Positions 11,650 to 20,382 of a stretch of 64,000 bases of DNA are shown here, in pieces. The position numbers and the translations under genes are program-made. The notes below the pieces were generated by a model, which saw nothing but the letters and a program-made list of their open reading frames with translations, ran no database searches and was not told the origin of the DNA. Positions within the stretch are counted from its first letter, which is position 1, and each line of letters opens with the position of its first letter. Origin of the DNA: Coriobacteriia bacterium. GTDB lineage: Bacteria > Actinomycetota > Coriobacteriia > Anaerosomatales > PALSA-660. The stretch covers positions 17,047 to 81,046 of the forward strand of contig JANYAK010000038.1 in the NCBI GenBank assembly GCA_025361335.1, read 5' to 3'.

Positions 11650-11904
11650 CTAGGGGCGTCCCTCGACCTTGCGCGCCGTGCCGACCGCCCCACCTGCGTG
11701 CTTGAAGTCGTCGACGTACTCGACCAGGTCGATCTGGCATCCCGGGCCGATCACGACCGTCTTGCCGCGGACGACCTTGCAGGTCGTCTCCTCCAGCCGC
11801 ACCTCGTCGGCCTCGATCGTCTCCGCATACAGGTGCTTGTCCAAGAAGAAGGCGAACCCTTGGCCCTCGCGCACGTTGACGCGCTCGCCACCGAAGGCGC
11901 TCAT
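11650..11904 (-). CDS. Short protein resembling the C-terminus of YhbE/YhbF bactofilin-like proteins
   Basis: LYAETIEADEVRLEETTCKVVRGKTVVIGPGCQIDLVEY; GC3-rich coding-like codon usage. Confidence 0.6.
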   Translation of the reverse strand: MSAFGGERVNVREGQGFAFFLDKHLYAETIEADEVRLEETTCKVVRGKTVVIGPGCQIDLVEYVDDFKHAGGAVGTARKVEGRP

Positions 11905-11966
11905 GCGCGAGCGCCAAGGGTATCCTCGCAAGAGATGCGTACCCGCCGACGAACCGAGTCCGTCCC

Positions 11967-12635
11967 ATGCCGGAGATGACGGTCGAGACCCGCGCCCGCG
12001 AGATCATGCGCCGACTGGGCGATCTCTACCCGGCAGCGCATATCGCCCTGGACCACGATGGCGATCCGTGGCACCTCCTCGTGGCGGTCATCCTGTCCGC
12101 GCAGACGACCGACGTCGGCGTGAACAGGGTCACGCCGGTGCTCTTCGCCCGCTTCCCCGGACCACGCGAGCTGGCGGCGGCCGACATCCTCGAGGTCGAG
12201 GACATCGTTCGCCCCACGGGCTTCTACCACAACAAGACGAAGTCGATCATGGGAAGCGCACGCATGGTGATCGCCGAGTTCGGAGGCCATGTCCCGGACA
12301 CGATGGACGACCTCATGCGGCTGCCCGGCGTGGCGCGCAAGACGGCCAACATCGTCATCAGCAATGCGTTCGGACGTGTCGAGGGGATAGCCGTCGACAC
12401 CCATGTGTTCCGGCTCGCGCATCGTCTCGGCCTGTCGGGCGAGAACGACCCGAACAAGGTCGAGAGGGACCTGTGTGCGCTGATCCCACGCGAGGAGTGG
12501 TTCCACGTGAACTACCGGTTCATCGATCATGGGCGCGCCGTCTGCACCGCCAAGCGACCGATCTGTGGAGCATGCGCGCTGTCGGACCTCTGTCCGAGCG
12601 CATTCGAGGTCCTCGGCTGGCGAGAGAGCGCCTAG
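11967..12635 (+). CDS. nth: Endonuclease III
   Basis: LVAVILSAQTTD, HhH LPGVARKTAN, AVDTHV, C-x6-C-x2-C-x5-C Fe-S motif. Confidence 0.97.
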   Translation: MPEMTVETRAREIMRRLGDLYPAAHIALDHDGDPWHLLVAVILSAQTTDVGVNRVTPVLFARFPGPRELAAADILEVEDIVRPTGFYHNKTKSIMGSARMVIAEFGGHVPDTMDDLMRLPGVARKTANIVISNAFGRVEGIAVDTHVFRLAHRLGLSGENDPNKVERDLCALIPREEWFHVNYRFIDHGRAVCTAKRPICGACALSDLCPSAFEVLGWRESA

Positions 12636-12666
12636 GTCCGACCGCCTGAGAAGCGCCGCGCCCGTG

Positions 12667-13128
12667 TCACTCTTCGGCCTCGGCCAGCGCCTCGGCGAGC
12701 AGCCGCACCTTCGCCGCGTCGACGTTGCCCGACTCCCGCCACACCACCCTGCCATGCGCCCCCACCAGGAACGCGTGGACGTTGCGGCGGTCTGGGATCC
12801 CGAGTAAACGAGTGAGTGTGCGCAGGTCGGTGTACGCCGTGATCACGTGCTGCCTTTCCGATAGCTCAGGGATCGCCGCGCGCATGCCGCCGTCGATGTA
12901 GGGCCGGGCCGGCGCGTATCCCCGAGCGAGCGCCGGCATCTCCCAGACCGTGAGGTCGGGATACGAGTCGGCCAACTCCTCCGCCGCCGCCTTCCACCTG
13001 TCGACGATCGACTGATGCCGTCTCTGGAACGCGACGATGAGCAGGTGCCGTCCGGGAGGCAGGTCGTCGGGCAGGCGATATCGACGGCCCTCGAGGTCGC
13101 GCGCCTCGACTGTGGGGAAGCGATCCAT
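12667..13128 (-). CDS. Hypothetical thioredoxin-fold (ATP10-like) protein
   Basis: FPTVEARDLEG..LPDDL, IDGGMRA.IP, FLVG.HGRVVWRESG; lacks CxxC. Confidence 0.6.
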   Translation of the reverse strand: MDRFPTVEARDLEGRRYRLPDDLPPGRHLLIVAFQRRHQSIVDRWKAAAEELADSYPDLTVWEMPALARGYAPARPYIDGGMRAAIPELSERQHVITAYTDLRTLTRLLGIPDRRNVHAFLVGAHGRVVWRESGNVDAAKVRLLAEALAEAEE

Positions 13129-13168
13129 TCTCACGTTGTACCCGATAACGCCCCCGAGCCCGGGCACG

Positions 13169-13906
13169 CTATCCCAGGAACGCTCCCAGCACCCCCGCGA
13201 CGATCACGGCGGGCATGAGGTTGCCCACCGGCAGGCGCTTGATGTCCATCAGGTCGAGGCCGATCGCGAGGATGAGCGTGCCGCCCACGGTGGACATCTC
13301 CCGCACGACCGGGTCGGTGAGGAGCGGTTGAAGCCCGTGCGCCCCCAGGGCGATCCCGCCCTGAACGATCAGTATCGGGATGACGGAGAATCCCACGCCG
13401 ATGCCGAGCGCCGAGGCCAGGGCGACGGACGCGATACCATCGAGCAGCGACTTGAGATAGAGCAGGTTCGGCGAGCCGAGACCGTCCTGGAGCGATCCGA
13501 TGATGGTCATGGTGCCCACGCAGTACAGCAGCGACGCGGCGACGAACCCTTCGACCATGTGGTGCTCGCCCTCACCCGACGCCGCGAACGCGGGGATGCG
13601 ATACGCGGTAGCGCGCAGCCACTGGCCGAAGCGCTCCAGCCAGGCCTCGACGCCTATCGCCTCTCCGATGAGGCCGCCGACCACCAGCGACACGACGAGG
13701 ACGAGGACGGCGTACCTCGATCCGGCCGCGTCCGCCTTGATCAGCCCCCCGATGACCATGACCCCGCCTATCGAGAAGGTCGACAGCCCGAGGGCGACGA
13801 AAGCGATCCTGCGGAACCGGTCCGCGATGAAGCGACCGAAGATGAGGCCGATCGCGGTGCCCGCGAGCACCGCCACGACGTTCGTGATAACGCCGAGCCC
13901 TGGCAC
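13169..13906 (-). CDS. DUF554 (YdfK-like) membrane protein
   Basis: EGFVAASLLYCVG.MTIIGS, KSLLDG, LPVGNLMPA. Confidence 0.9.
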   Translation of the reverse strand: MPGLGVITNVVAVLAGTAIGLIFGRFIADRFRRIAFVALGLSTFSIGGVMVIGGLIKADAAGSRYAVLVLVVSLVVGGLIGEAIGVEAWLERFGQWLRATAYRIPAFAASGEGEHHMVEGFVAASLLYCVGTMTIIGSLQDGLGSPNLLYLKSLLDGIASVALASALGIGVGFSVIPILIVQGGIALGAHGLQPLLTDPVVREMSTVGGTLILAIGLDLMDIKRLPVGNLMPAVIVAGVLGAFLG

Positions 13907-14392
13907 CTACTCGTCCTCCTTGGGAAGCCACATGTCCGCGAGCTCGCGAGTGATGTTCTCATGACCCTTGGGCAGTCCGCCGTGCGCGTGTCTGCGTGCC
14001 GGTCTGCGGGTGGAGGGCGCCGGCGGCGCGTCCTCGAAGATGGTCGAGACCGGCCGCACGCCAACGGACCTCCCCGCGTGTTCCCGCACGCGCGAGCGCA
14101 GTTCCCGGTCGGCGGTCACGACGACCACGTCGCCGCGGGCGGCGATCGCCATGTCCACGATGACGTCGTCGGCGCTGCCGTCACCTGAGAACCGCACGTG
14201 GACGTTGCCATGGACCTCGTCCGCACGCAGGGCTCCCCCGTCGAACACGATGGTCACGGGACCGACTCCCAGCAACTCGCGCCCGCGCGCCGACATGCGC
14301 CGCACCAGCGCGAGCCGCTGGGAGTCGCGGTCGAGGCGGCGCGTGGCGTCGTCAGCCATGGTCACGTTGTAGCCGTCGATGAGATAGCGCAT
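13907..14392 (-). CDS. NYN-domain (YacP-like PIN fold) protein
   Basis: YLIDGYNV, IVFDG, SADDVI, VVTADRELR. Confidence 0.85.
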   Translation of the reverse strand: MRYLIDGYNVTMADDATRRLDRDSQRLALVRRMSARGRELLGVGPVTIVFDGGALRADEVHGNVHVRFSGDGSADDVIVDMAIAARGDVVVVTADRELRSRVREHAGRSVGVRPVSTIFEDAPPAPSTRRPARRHAHGGLPKGHENITRELADMWLPKEDE

Positions 14393-14461
14393 CGCACCAT
14401 GGTACGCCTGCGAACCGACCGATGCGGCTGTCCCCGTCTCCCGAAGGGTGGACGGGCGAGC

Positions 14462-15250
14462 CTACTTCGACTCGGACGTGCCGACGCGGAACGACTTCGC
14501 CAGGCTCTCCGCCATCGTCACGAACTCGGACGGCATCATGATGATGGTCGTGGTGTTCTGCTCGGCGCCGACCTCGGTGATCATCTGCATGCGCCGCAGC
14601 TCGAGCCCGAGCGGATTCTCCGTGATGATCTTCGCGGCGTCGGCCAGCTTCGACGACGACTCCAGCTCCGCCTCGGCCTTGATGATGCGCGCGCGCTTCT
14701 CGCGCATGGCCTGGGCCTCCTGGGCCATCGCACGCTGCATGCTGACGGGGATCTCGACGTCCTTCATCTCGACCATCTCGACCTTGACGCCCCACGGCTC
14801 GGTCGCCTGGTCGACGACCGCCTGGAGCGCTTCGTTGATCTTGTCACGCTCCTTGAGGACCTCGTCCAGCACGTGCTGGCCGATGATGTTGCGGAGGCTC
14901 GTCAGCGCCACCTGATAGGACGCGGCGTAGTAGTTGGCCACGCCGACGACCGCTTTGATCGGGTCCGATATCTTGAGCCATACGACCGCGTTCACCTTGA
15001 CGGTGACCGAGTCTTTCGTGATGGACTCCTGGCTCTCCATGTCCACGGTCATGGTCCGCAGGTCCATCTTGCGCTGCGTCTCTATCCCGAGCGGTATGAG
15101 CCAGTACAGGCCCGGTCCCCGCAGGCCCTTCAGACGCCCGAGCCGAAACACCACGGCGCGCTCGTATTCGTTCGCGACGCGCAGGCCGGAGAGCGCCACG
15201 GCTACCAACACGACGACCGGCAATACGAGAAACGCCAGTAGAATGTCCAC
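14462..15250 (-). CDS. SPFH/band-7 (slipin/stomatin) protein
   Basis: EYERAVVFRLGR, ITKDSVTVKVNAVV, PWGVKVE.VE.KDV, MQRAMAQEAQA. Confidence 0.93.
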   Translation of the reverse strand: MDILLAFLVLPVVVLVAVALSGLRVANEYERAVVFRLGRLKGLRGPGLYWLIPLGIETQRKMDLRTMTVDMESQESITKDSVTVKVNAVVWLKISDPIKAVVGVANYYAASYQVALTSLRNIIGQHVLDEVLKERDKINEALQAVVDQATEPWGVKVEMVEMKDVEIPVSMQRAMAQEAQAMREKRARIIKAEAELESSSKLADAAKIITENPLGLELRRMQMITEVGAEQNTTTIIMMPSEFVTMAESLAKSFRVGTSESK

Positions 15251-15418
15251 TTGGGATCCCCCTCCAAAGCACCGATGGAACCACGGCCATCATCATAGCG
15301 CCCGACGGCCGGGAGCGGAGGCGCCGGCATCCGAACGCTTACGATGGATAGCCGCGCGCACGGGTATCCTATCGGGAGACTCGGACGCACGCCCTTCCAG
15401 ACGATGGGAGCCTTTCTG

Positions 15419-17173
15419 ATGGCGTCCTCACGGCTGTCGGATGCCGCGTCTCTCTACCTGCGACAGCATGCGGACGATCCGGTCGATTGGTACGAGTGGG
15501 GCCCCGCGGCGTTCGAGGCCGCGCAGTCGGCACAGCGGCCGATCTTCCTGTCCGTCGGCTACTCGGCATGTCACTGGTGCCACGTCATGCAGCGAGAGTC
15601 GTTCCGCGATCCCGAGACGGCCGAGCTGCTCAACCGGCGCTTCGTGCCCGTGAAGGTCGACCGCGAGCTGCGGCCCGATGTCGACGCCCTCTACATGGAC
15701 TACGTCGTCGCGACCACCGGGCACGGCGGCTGGCCGATGTCGCTGGTGCTGACCCCCGACCTCCTGCCTCTGCTGGGCGGCACGTACTTCCCCAAGGAGC
15801 CGATGGGGGACCTGCCGTCGCTGTGCGGAGTCCTGAACGCGGCCGACGAGGCCTTCAGCGCGGGCGGCGGCGATCTCGAGCGCGTCTCGCAAGCCTCGCT
15901 CGCCTTCCTGCGCGAGCAGGCCGGACCCAGGCCTGCCCGAGAGCTCGACCGGGGCACCCTCGACACCGCCGCGGAGTACCTCCTGCGCTCGGTCGATACC
16001 GAGTCCGGCGGGTTCGGGACCGGGACCAAGTTCCCCGAGGCCCCGCTGCTGCTGTTCCTCGCCCGCTACCAGTCGCTCGCCCCGGACCCCGGGATCGCCT
16101 GGTCCATCGAGACCACGCTCACGTCGATGATCCGCGGCGGCGTCTACGACCAAGCCGGAGGGGGGCTCTTCCGATACGCCGTGGACCGTCGCTGGCGGAC
16201 GCCGCACTTCGAGAAGATGCTCTACGACAACGGTCTGCTGCTGTCGTCGCTGGCCGCCGCCGCCCCGCTTGCCTCCGACGACGCCGTGCGGGCCGAGTAT
16301 GCGCATGTGGCTCACCAGACAGCTCTGTTCCTACGGCGTGAGCTGACGGCGCCGGAGGGTGGCCTGTACGCGTCGCTGGCGGCCGACACCGCCGGGCTCG
16401 AGGGCGCCACCTACCTGTGGACCAGAGCTCAGCTCGAGACGGCGCTCGCACCGGCCGCGTACCGGGTCGCGCTCGCTCACCTCGGCGCCGACTCGGTGAC
16501 GGAGCCGTTCACGCTCACTCGGTCGCGAGGTCGCGACGCAGACGCCGATGTCGTCGACGGCGTGCTCGAGTTCATCGCGGGGGACCGTGCGCGACGGCCG
16601 CAGCCGGAAGCCGACACCAAGGTCGTGACCTCGTGGAACATGATCGCCGCGCGCGGCCTCATGGAGGCGGGGATGGCCTTCAGCGACTCCGGGATGTCCG
16701 CCCTCGGATTGGAGACCCTCGTCTCGGTTCTCGACATGTCGCTGTCCGCCGGGACACTGCGACATGTCGCCGATGACCCTTCGGTCGCCGACGTCCGCCT
16801 CATCGAGGATCACGCTCACGCCGCGGCCGCGTGCCTGACAGCTCATCAGGCGACGGGCGACCCGGTATGGATCGACCGAGCCGCTTTCCTGCATCGAGAG
16901 ACGCTGCGGAGGTTCGCGGACGGGGACGCGCTCTATATGACGCCCGCCGGCACCGAGCTCCCCGTCAGGCCTCGCGAGCAGGGCGACCAGCCGACTCCGT
17001 CGGGCGCCGCCACCGCTGTCGAGAACGCCTTGTTGCTGGCGGAGGCGACCGGCGATGAGGGATACCGGGAGTTCGCGCGGCAGGCGATCCGCCGATTCTG
17101 GGCCCTGGCCGACGCCGCGCCCGAGCATGCGGGAAAGGCGCTCGAGTGCGCCGCCCGGATGGCCGGAGCCTGA
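15419..17173 (+). CDS. Thioredoxin-domain DUF255 (YyaL/SSP411-like) protein
   Basis: SLYLRQHA.DPVDW, GYSACHWCHVM, KVDRELRPDVD, PHFEKMLYDN. Confidence 0.92.
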   Translation: MASSRLSDAASLYLRQHADDPVDWYEWGPAAFEAAQSAQRPIFLSVGYSACHWCHVMQRESFRDPETAELLNRRFVPVKVDRELRPDVDALYMDYVVATTGHGGWPMSLVLTPDLLPLLGGTYFPKEPMGDLPSLCGVLNAADEAFSAGGGDLERVSQASLAFLREQAGPRPARELDRGTLDTAAEYLLRSVDTESGGFGTGTKFPEAPLLLFLARYQSLAPDPGIAWSIETTLTSMIRGGVYDQAGGGLFRYAVDRRWRTPHFEKMLYDNGLLLSSLAAAAPLASDDAVRAEYAHVAHQTALFLRRELTAPEGGLYASLAADTAGLEGATYLWTRAQLETALAPAAYRVALAHLGADSVTEPFTLTRSRGRDADADVVDGVLEFIAGDRARRPQPEADTKVVTSWNMIAARGLMEAGMAFSDSGMSALGLETLVSVLDMSLSAGTLRHVADDPSVADVRLIEDHAHAAAACLTAHQATGDPVWIDRAAFLHRETLRRFADGDALYMTPAGTELPVRPREQGDQPTPSGAATAVENALLLAEATGDEGYREFARQAIRRFWALADAAPEHAGKALECAARMAGA

Positions 17174-17188
17174 AGCCGCCCCGGCGCG

Positions 17189-18403
17189 CTATCGTCGCCC
17201 GCGACGCCTTCCCATGACGCGACCGCCGAAGGCGCGGCGCTTCTTGCGCGCCGTCAAGCGCCCGGCGCGAGGGACGGCACGTTCCCGGTACGGGAATCCC
17301 TCGAGCTCCTCGACCGGGATCTCGGAGTCGATCAGCATCTCGATCGCGTCGAGGTCGGGGAACTCCATGATGGACACGAACGTGAACGCGGTGCCGCTGG
17401 CTCCCGCTCGCGCGGTGCGACCGATGCGGTGCACGTAGTCCTCGGGGCTGTTCGGCACGTCGTAGTTGACCACGTGGCTGATGTCGTCGACGTCGATGCC
17501 GCGGCTCATCACGTCCGTCGCCACGAGCACGCGGATCCGGCCGTCGCGGAACCGTTCAAGCGCCTTGGTGCGCTGCTCCTGCGACCGGTCGGAGTGCATC
17601 GCGGTCGCCTTCACCCCCGCGCGCTCCAGCGCGCTGACGACGGCGTCGGCGCGCTGCTTCGTGCGCGTGAACACGAGCGTCCGGTCGAAGTCTCCGTGCG
17701 CCTTCATGAGCGCGACCATCAGGTCGACCTTCTGCGAGTCGTCGACCGGGTAGAGCGCCTGGTGGATGGCCTCGATGGGGGTCCCGGTGGGAGCCACGTC
17801 CACACGCACGGGGTCGACCAGGTTCTTGTTCACTATTCGCAGGACCTCAGGCGCCATCGTGGCGGAGAACAGGAGCGTCTGCCGCTTGTGAGGCAACTGC
17901 GCCAGGATGCGGCGGACGTCGGGCCAAAAGCCCATATCGAGCATGCGGTCGGCTTCGTCGAGAACGAGGATCTCCACCCGGCCGAGGTCGGCCGCCTTGC
18001 GGTTCACGAGGTCGAGCAACCGCCCGGGCGTGGCGACCAGCATGTCGACGCCCTTCTTCAGCGCCGCCGTCTGCGGATCGATCGGCACGCCTCCCAGTGC
18101 CGCAAGCACGCGATGTCCCGTATGCGCGGCCACCGCGGTGGAGAACACCTCGATCTGCTGCGCGAGCTCGCGCGTCGGCGAGACCACCAGGATGCGGAGC
18201 ACTCCCTCGGCGGGGATCCTCTGGAACGCCGGCAGGACGAACGCCGCCGTCTTGCCGGTGCCCGTCTGCGCACACCCCACGACGTCGCGGCCCTCGAGCA
18301 CCAGCGGGATGGCCTGAGCCTGGATGGGCGTCGGCTCGACGTAGCCGAGCGCCGCGACGGCATTGGTGAGTTCGGGCGTGAGACCGAGTGGATCGAAGGA
18401 CAT
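17189..18403 (-). CDS. DEAD-box RNA helicase (RhlE-like)
   Basis: PTPIQ, AQTGTGKT, PTRELA, DEAD, SAT, HRIGRTAR. Confidence 0.96.
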   Translation of the reverse strand: MSFDPLGLTPELTNAVAALGYVEPTPIQAQAIPLVLEGRDVVGCAQTGTGKTAAFVLPAFQRIPAEGVLRILVVSPTRELAQQIEVFSTAVAAHTGHRVLAALGGVPIDPQTAALKKGVDMLVATPGRLLDLVNRKAADLGRVEILVLDEADRMLDMGFWPDVRRILAQLPHKRQTLLFSATMAPEVLRIVNKNLVDPVRVDVAPTGTPIEAIHQALYPVDDSQKVDLMVALMKAHGDFDRTLVFTRTKQRADAVVSALERAGVKATAMHSDRSQEQRTKALERFRDGRIRVLVATDVMSRGIDVDDISHVVNYDVPNSPEDYVHRIGRTARAGASGTAFTFVSIMEFPDLDAIEMLIDSEIPVEELEGFPYRERAVPRAGRLTARKKRRAFGGRVMGRRRGRR

Positions 18404-18536
18404 GGAGTGACTTCCTGCTGGATGCGTCGCCATCAAGGGCGGACCGATACGTGTGGCGAGCGCGGGTTCTACATTCCCAAAGGCACCCGGGGGTGGCCCG
18501 AGTATAGGGCAGTCGCCGAACCGGTGTCGATTCGCC

Positions 18537-19574
18537 TCAGCCCAGCAGCGGGTGCAGCGCCTCGCACAGACGGTCGACGTCATCCTCAGTGGTGTCCCAC
18601 GAACAGACCCAGCGAGCCACGGTCGTGCCGTCCGCGCGCACATCCCATTCGTAGAAGTCCGCGACGGCTTGCAGCAGCGGCACGGCCGCGGTCGGCAGCA
18701 CGGGGAACAACTCGTTGGCAGCCACCGGGTACGCGAAACCCACGCCGGCGGCGCGCGCGCCGATCTCGAGCCGGCTGGCCATGGCGTTGGCGTGATCCGC
18801 GAGCTCCAACCACAGGTCGCCGGCGTACAAGGCCGTGAACTGCGACGACACGAACCGCATCTTGCTCGCCAGCTGGGAGCCGACCTTGCGGACGTACTTG
18901 AAGCCCTCGCCCAGCCCCGGGGTCAGGAAGCAGACCGCCTCCCCGAACAGCATCCCGTTCTTGGTGCCGCCGAAGCTCAGCATGTCCACGCCCGCGTCGG
19001 TCGTGAACGCGCGGATCGGCAGCGCGAGCGACGCTGCCGCGTTCGCCACGCGGGCCCCGTCCATGTGCAGCAGCATGCCGTTGCCGTGGCAGTAGTCCGC
19101 CAACGCTCGTACCTCGTCCGGCGAATAGACCACTCCCGTCTCCGCGACCTGGCTGATCGAGGCGACCCTCGGCTGGGCGTGATGCTCGACTCCGGTGAGC
19201 AGGCGCACGCTCGGTTCCATGGACTCGACCGTGAGCTTCCCGTCCCGGGTGGGCAGGCCCATCACCTTGGCGCCCAGGAAGTACTCGGGCGCCCCGCATT
19301 CGTCGGTGTTGACGTGGGCGGTCGCCGGACACAGGACGGCCTGGCCTGGGCGCACGACCGAGGACAGCGCCGTGACGTTCGCGCCCGTGCCGTTGAACAC
19401 GAAGTACACACGGGCGTCGTCGCCGACATGGCCTCTCAGCGTGGCCACGGCTTCATCCGTCCACGGGTCGTAGCCGTACGCATGGACGTGACCGGCGTTG
19501 GCCGCGGCGATCGCGGCGAGGACGGCGGGGTGCGCGCCCGAGTTGTTGTCGGAGGCGAATGTGCGTGATGACAT
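18537..19574 (-). CDS. Low-specificity L-threonine aldolase
   Basis: FASDN, NGTGAN, ECGAPE, HMDGAR, SFGGTKNG (PLP lysine). Confidence 0.92.
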   Translation of the reverse strand: MSSRTFASDNNSGAHPAVLAAIAAANAGHVHAYGYDPWTDEAVATLRGHVGDDARVYFVFNGTGANVTALSSVVRPGQAVLCPATAHVNTDECGAPEYFLGAKVMGLPTRDGKLTVESMEPSVRLLTGVEHHAQPRVASISQVAETGVVYSPDEVRALADYCHGNGMLLHMDGARVANAAASLALPIRAFTTDAGVDMLSFGGTKNGMLFGEAVCFLTPGLGEGFKYVRKVGSQLASKMRFVSSQFTALYAGDLWLELADHANAMASRLEIGARAAGVGFAYPVAANELFPVLPTAAVPLLQAVADFYEWDVRADGTTVARWVCSWDTTEDDVDRLCEALHPLLG

Positions 19575-19613
19575 GGCTGGGCTCCTCGGGCAGACATTCG
19601 CGGTGGCCCCCGT

Positions 19614-19640
19614 AGGATACCCTCCCGGCGCGGGTATCAT
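19614..19640. promoter_or_regulatory. Back-to-back divergent -10 elements (GGGTATCCT on minus, GGGTATCAT on plus)
   Basis: Inverted arrangement GATACCC-N9-GGGTATC between the divergent aldolase and dedA genes. Confidence 0.45.
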
Positions 19641-19646
19641 GCGGAC

Positions 19647-20321
19647 ATGTCATCCATGCCGACCCTACAGGCGCTTGGCTCCACGTTGCTCACGGACGTG
19701 GGCCGCTACGGCTACGCCGCTCTGGCCGCCGGCGTCTTTCTGGAGAACGCCGGGCTGCCCGTGCCGGGCGAGACGATGCTGCTCACGGCGGCCGCGCTCG
19801 CAGCCCGAGGCCGCCTCTCCATCGTGCTCGTCGGCCTTGTGGCGGCCGCCGCCGCGATCACGGGAGACAACATCGGCTTCGCCATCGGGCGGGAGGGCGG
19901 CCGGCCGTTCCTGGAGCGGTTCGGGCGATGGGTGTTCGTCACACCGGAGAGGCTCGATCGGATGGACGCCTTCTTCAAGAAGCGCGGCCCCGTGGCGGTC
20001 TTCTCGGCACGATTCATCCCCGCCCTGCGCGTCGTCGCGGCACTGGTCGCGGGCGCGTCGGCCATGCCGTGGCACACGTTTCTCACGTACAACGCGCTCG
20101 GGGCCGTGGCCTGGTCGATCGTCGTGTGCACGATCGGATACACCGGGGCCGACGCCGCCTCCAGGGCGCTCCCGTGGATACGCACGGCGCACCTGGGGGT
20201 GTGGGGGCTGCTCGCGGGCACGGCCGTGGTGCTGCTCGCGCACATGTTCTTCGAGATCGTGCACGAGCGACGCCTCAGGACCGCGGCGGCCCGGCACGAG
20301 CGACCGAAACGACATCGATGA
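19647..20321 (+). CDS. DedA family membrane protein
   Basis: LENAGLPVPGET, GDNIGFAIGR.GGR, ARFIP.LR. Confidence 0.93.
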   Translation: MSSMPTLQALGSTLLTDVGRYGYAALAAGVFLENAGLPVPGETMLLTAAALAARGRLSIVLVGLVAAAAAITGDNIGFAIGREGGRPFLERFGRWVFVTPERLDRMDAFFKKRGPVAVFSARFIPALRVVAALVAGASAMPWHTFLTYNALGAVAWSIVVCTIGYTGADAASRALPWIRTAHLGVWGLLAGTAVVLLAHMFFEIVHERRLRTAAARHERPKRHR

Positions 20322-20382
20322 CGCGTGCCCCCGCACCCCGGCTGCCGCGCCACGGCACCCCGGCTGCGCCGCGGCGACCATG

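Noticed and set aside
13907-14392. NYN/PIN protein as a toxin-antitoxin toxin
   Set aside because: No adjacent antitoxin; it resembles housekeeping YacP/Rae1-like NYN proteins.
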